Shown here: positions 58,395 to 64,000 of the stretch, in pieces
Layout of the letters: each line of letters starts with the position of its first letter
How positions within the stretch are numbered: the stretch's first letter is position 1
Program-made: the position numbers and the translations under genes
The notes under the pieces: model-generated
Told to the model about the DNA's origin: nothing
The model's input: the letters and a program-made list of their open reading frames with translations, nothing else
The model's database searches: none
Assembly: GCF_009914755.1 (NCBI RefSeq)
Contig: NC_060929.1
Source: the human T2T-CHM13v2.0 reference genome, Homo sapiens
DNA: 64,000 nucleotides
Strand: one strand, 5' to 3'

Positions 58395-59339
58395 AGTTCT
58401 TGCATTTTTTAACATGTTGATTTCCGATAAGGACAGGGAAATCTATGGTCGTCATTGTTAAGCTTTGTCTAAAACAGAACAGCTTCTGTTATGCTGACTT
58501 TGGCTATTCTAGACCTTTCTGCCATTTTCCTATTATTCTCTACTCGCTTAGCAGTAGAGAAATTTACCAAAGAAATGCGCTCTGGATATGTGGAATAACT
58601 GTGCTGAACTAATGCACAGATTTATTGTGCTGGAAACAGTAAGAGGCTATTGCCAGAAAATATTAAGAATAATTATCATACTTCTTCCATAATTCCCATT
58701 ATGTAAAGTAGAAGAGACTCTTAAAATATAAAAATAGTAAATGCTTTTTAAACTTGTCATTTTCTTACTCTACACACCTAAAGATCCACACATATCTAAG
58801 CAGTTCTTGCAGCTGATCTGGTTGCCCCTGAGATACGGAACCTGCAAACTTACACGGAAATCTCAGCACAGTAGGAACCGCAGAACTGGCCCTTTGCTAC
58901 TGAGCTCTGCAACCTGCAAAACATTGTTCAGTCTGAACACTGAAAAGAAAATGGTTCTCTCATAACTTCTTTCTATCAATTTTACATTGTATTGACAGTA
59001 TATTGCCAGCTGAACCAAAGAATCAAAATATCATAAAATGTGACCATCTGAGGATGGCCTGGAACATAATATGTGCTACCAAATTCTTATTGACTAGTAG
59101 ACATTAATAAATAGAAAACACTGCAACCCTCAAGGAAGACATATAGACATGGATAGTAATTGAGAAAAATAATCACATTTGAATTTTTTCGCTCAGCCAA
59201 TCACAGGGGTAGTCAGTGGGACAGAAAGATAAATGGGGCTTGGTCTGCCCATAAGGGGCGTACAGACTAAATTCTCTTCTAGAGGACAGTCTTAGCAGCT
59301 CAGAAGGAATCATTGTATGAATGAATGATTAGTGCCACT

Positions 59340-60252
59340 GATCCTTAAATTTGGTGTTTAGATGTGGCGCAGTTCTTTGTACTTTAACATGTCTTTTTTA
59401 TCTGTCCGCTTTTAGGATTTTTTTTCTTTGTTACTAATTTTGAGCAATCTGATTAAAATATACCTTGGTATTTTTTCTTCCTGTTTTCTGTGCCTGGGGC
59501 TCCTTGAGCTGCTTAGATCTGTGAGTTTATAGTTTTCATTAAATTTGGAAAATTTTCAACCATTATTTTTTAAAATATTTTTTTCTGTTCTCTTTCTTCT
59601 CTCATTTGGGGACTCCGTTTACACATATATGAGGTCACTTGAAGCTCACTGATGCACTGTTCATTTTTTCTTCTTTTTTCTTTGTGTTTCATTTTGGATC
59701 ATTCCTATTGCTGTCTTCAAGTTCACTAATCTTTTATTCTGTAATCTTATAATCTGCTGTTAATCCCATTCCACATAATTTTTGTTCAGGCATTATATTA
59801 TATTATATTTATTATACTTTAAGTTCTGGGATACACGTGCAGAATGTGCAGGTTTGTTACACAGGTATACACATACCATGGTGGTTTGCTGCACCCATCA
59901 ACCGTTATCTACATTAGGTATTTCTCCTAATGCTATCCCTCTCCTAGCCCCCCACCCCTGCCAGGCCCCGGTGTGTGATGTTCTCCTCCCTGTTTCCATG
60001 TGTTCTCATTGTTCAATTCCCACTTACGAGTGAGAACATGTGGTATTTGGTTTTCTGTTCCTGTTTTAGTTTGCTGAGAATGATGGTTTCCAGCTCCATC
60101 CATGTCCCTGCTAAGGACATGAACTCATCCTTTTTTATGGATGCATAGTATTCCATGGTGTAAATGAGGCATTATATTTTAATTCTAGAAGCTTGAGTTT
60201 GTTCTTTTACATATTTTTCCTATTTCTACTTTTTGAACATATGGAATATAGA
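59340..60252 (-). mobile_element. Ancient L1M fragment, same family as 54440-55925, split by L1PA
   Basis: ttttcattaaatttggaaaattttcaaccattatt, tcttcaagttcactaatc. Confidence 0.7.
59800..60166 (-). mobile_element. 5'-truncated L1PA (PA7/8-like) 3' end
   Basis: attatactttaagttctgggatacacgtgcagaatgtgcagg...gctgagaatgatggtttccagc...ttccatggtgta. TSD aggcattatatt at 59788 and 60167. Confidence 0.92.
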
Positions 60253-60384
60253 GTTGAAAGGTTGAAGTCTTACATTCAAAATCTTCTAGAGGCCAAAGAT
60301 ATTTCTCCACTTTTAAGTTGTTATTATTACATGATAATGAAATAAGTATTTCTCAAGGAAAATGATAATTGATAAAAATAAAGG

Positions 60385-60421
60385 AAGAGAGAAAGAAGAG
60401 AGAGACAGAGGGAGGGAGGAA

Positions 60422-60454
<33 letters not shown>
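60385..60454 (+). repeat. (GA)n microsatellite
   Basis: Read directly from the sequence. Confidence 0.9.
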
Positions 60455-60455
<1 letters not shown>

Positions 60456-60669
60456 AACAACATCTTAAGATGGCACACCTGATTTGCCACAATCTAGATC
60501 TTTGTGTCTTAGTCAGGCTGATGCCTGAAGCCCAGAGCCCATTTTCCTGTACCCATCTAGTTAGTGCTGCAAGGCAGGGGAGCTGGGTAGGGTCTTTTAG
60601 CTCATGAGCACGTGAGTGGTCATGGGCACATACAGTGTCTTGGCCTATCACATCTTGCTACCATCCTTG

Positions 60670-60832
60670 CATCCAGCGTTGTGACTGATGTGCATGATGT
60701 AGAGTGAGGCAGCCCTGATTTTCTCTGCAGATGACACATCTGAGACACAGTGATATGCTGTAGTTTGCCCAGGCTCACCATGCTCAGAAAAGGTGGAGCC
60801 TCGGTTTGAACTGTGATTTGAGTCAAAGCTTC
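60670..60832 (-). mobile_element. MIR
   Basis: tgcagatgacacatctgagacacag...gtttgcccaggctcac...ggagcctcggtttgaac. Confidence 0.65.
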
Positions 60833-62073
60833 CTAGATCACGCTAAATTTAGAGAGACATAAGATGTAAGTCCTCATTCCAGGAAGTGATTTCCATTAGT
60901 ATCTCTTTCCTGCTCCTGTAAGACTATGCTTGGGATGTCTACCTGGTGCAACTCTGCTTTTGAAGCTTTTCTCTACCAATCTCTGGTTGCAAGCAAGAGA
61001 TGTGTACAACTCTAGGGCTGTCTATGGGCAGGGTGTAGAAAAGGGCTAATTATGCCCATTCCTAAGACTCTTAGGAGAAGAAGTGGGTCTGGCATGGGGC
61101 AGCGGCTAGCTCTGTAGGAAGAATTGTCAGGGCCTGGCACCCATGAGCTGGGATGGCACACTTGAGAAAGAAGGAAGTTCTGTAGCTTGGACTGTAGTAA
61201 TGGAAACAAAGGATGACAGAGAGAATGACAAGAAGGCAGACATCCAAAGGAATAAGCAAAGGGGAGGGTGTAGTTACATAATGTTGAGGCCAGGGTGTGG
61301 TGAGTGTGTGACATCTATGGCCTTGAGCTTCTGATGTCCGTGTGTATATGTTAACATGGTTTGGATGAAAATAAATGTAAAGGAAAGGAGTGATTGAGGA
61401 ATATCCCACACCCCAGGATTTGATATGAGATTAATGGAACATGCATGGCAGAAGTGCAAACTTTCTCTCTTGGTATTCTCCCCACCTGCCCTCATTCTTC
61501 TAATAGGTCAAACTTTTTTATGCAACAAAGCAAATTAGCGCATTGGTGACCAGACTCAGGAATGAATTACTATGGTGAATCTCTTTTTGCCCAAAATGAG
61601 TGTTATGAAAATCAATCAGGAACAGTGTTAGTTTATAAGGACTCAGAAAAAGGCTGTTCTAATCTCCTCTCCAATCATAAATTTACTTTAACATGTTTGC
61701 CAAAGTCAACTAACAATACTATTCTTCTCTGTAAGCCCATGCTTTAAAAACATAAGGGGTTCTTTTCTTTTCTTTTCTTTTCTTTTGGGGCTGGGACCCG
61801 GTACATTTTAAGTGTTCACATGGGATTTTACACAGGTATTTGAGCATTAACTCTCTTACCAGTTAATGATAGTGCTTTGAAAAAATATCAACCTGTCACA
61901 ATCTGCACTGAAAACAAAGTAGCTCAGCTACAAGAATAGAATGAAAAACATTTCACAGCATTTTCAGTGACTATAACCACATCTAGTCCTCTCTGTTTGT
62001 AGTGATCTTCAAGGACTCCTGAGCCTTTAAGATCAATTTTTAAAAGGAATACATTTCCAAGTAAAACAGTTCA

Positions 62074-62451
<378 letters not shown>

Positions 62452-63054
62452 TTACAGGCGAAAACAAAAGCAGAGTGCTATCACATTTGCTGAACATAGA
62501 CTGCACGGAGGCTATTGCATCAGCAGTCCAGGGATCACTAAAAGTGGAAGCCATTCCTGCCCAGCGAGAGCTTGGGATCGAGGGTGGAGGGTGGGTTGGT
62601 GTATGCACGCAAGAGAATGTAACTGGCAGAAGAAGTGGATAAGCTCTCCAAGAACGACTCTAACATGTTGCTGTAGGAAGGAAGGGGAAGAGATGAATTA
62701 ATTTTGATTGAGCAGTTTGGAAGAAGGATAAAGATCAAGGTAGCATATTTTATAGTAAGCATACTACCAGTGTTGCATAATAGTTACCAACAACAAATGC
62801 CCTCACTTCTTATGCATCATTATTAATGTGATAAACTCCTATATAATTTGTTACATGTATACAAATTGGGTTCTATTGTTGCATCTAACAAATGACAGAA
62901 TCGATAAAAGAGAGAAAACTGCTATAGTCTATTAGACACAATGACATGAGCTACAGGCAAATCTAGATCTTGGAGCAATCATGATAGTTAAGTTTGCTTT
63001 GAATTGAATCTAATGAATAATAGGATAATGTGTAATTCAAAATTAATTACCCAT

Positions 63055-63200
63055 AATTTAGAAATTATGGCTTACACGCACAAAGGAATACCAGTCAACC
63101 ATTAGGAATGATACTTATGAAGACTATGTAGCAACTTGGACAAATTATAACAATAAAAGTTAAATGAGCAAAGCAGGATGCAAAGTAGTATGGGATTTGC
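63055..63200 (+). mobile_element. Ancient L1ME 3' fragment
   Basis: aaattatggcttacacgcacaaaggaatacc...gttaaatgagcaaagcaggatgcaaa. Confidence 0.5.
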
Positions 63201-64000
63201 ACATTATTCCAACTAAAATGCATCATAAAATACCTGTAATTATCATAAAAATTTACTAATACAATGTCTTTTTTTTCTACATTTCAAACTTCCTGTTCTA
63301 TTACTCTTAACAATTTAAAAAACACTAAAAATTAAAATAATGATTCTGATCTTTGATTACACAAAGGCTTTGTCTTTTGTGAAAATAATGACTATAATAA
63401 AGTTAGAAATGAAAGATGCTATGCTTTTAGAAAAAAATACACATATTCAGTTCTGAGAAAAATCACAGTAAAATAAACAATTTCTTTATAATTTTAGTGT
63501 GAGAACATGAAGGTATTTAGCTTATTAGTGTTTATTAATGATTACTTAAAAATACAGTGTAAATGACATATGCTAAATGTACTTACAGATATTTTATGTA
63601 CATACATATATGTGCATGTATATAAATGTGTGTGTGTATAAATATGAAAAACAAAACCATATTTCTGAATGTAAGTTCCTTAATTCTGAAAGTTTTACTG
63701 CAAGAAAATACATGCTTACTTTTTATCCTTGCAACATAAAAATAGAAAAGTAGACAGAGATGGCTGCTGTCACAAATAATTTCAAAAACTTCATTATTTA
63801 TTTCTTGAAATAAGCTAAACTGCATGTCTTCTTTTCCTCAATAATGACACAGCTTAGTTTAAGTCAAGGGTAAAGCTCAGAGATGAATGACATCCCATTA
63901 AAGGTCATTTTCAATGAACATGTCACTCAATTTTAACTTTATAACAAGGACACTCAGTGTGGGAAGCTTCCTGTCCTTTTAACCAAAGCCACTTCCTAAC

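Overview
Primate (very probably human) genomic DNA lying wholly inside the CTNND2 (delta-catenin/NPRAP) gene, which is transcribed on the minus strand. Two constitutive armadillo-repeat coding exons are present (62206-62379, 174 nt; 46327-46477, 151 nt; probably exons 15 and 16 of the reference transcript, numbering from memory). Between them lies an intact in-frame 75-nt cassette exon (47512-47586, GWAEDVAGMAYALRSLPEGAPCLPQ). The next downstream exon is not in the window, so 1-46326 is one long intron segment. The rest is intron, rich in Alu, L1, L2, MIR, LTR (full-length THE1, MLT1, MST, MER4E, MER34, MER67) and DNA-transposon fossils, many with readable target-site duplications. I found no evidence for a new gene family or a novel multi-gene system. 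The best leads are splicing or regulatory: the 75-nt cassette exon and its flanking motifs, a (UG)n-preceded antisense Alu that looks like a TDP-43-repressed cryptic exon, and an antisense full-length THE1 with DUX4 motifs in both LTRs. Repeat subfamily calls come from recalled consensus sequences and were made by eye.
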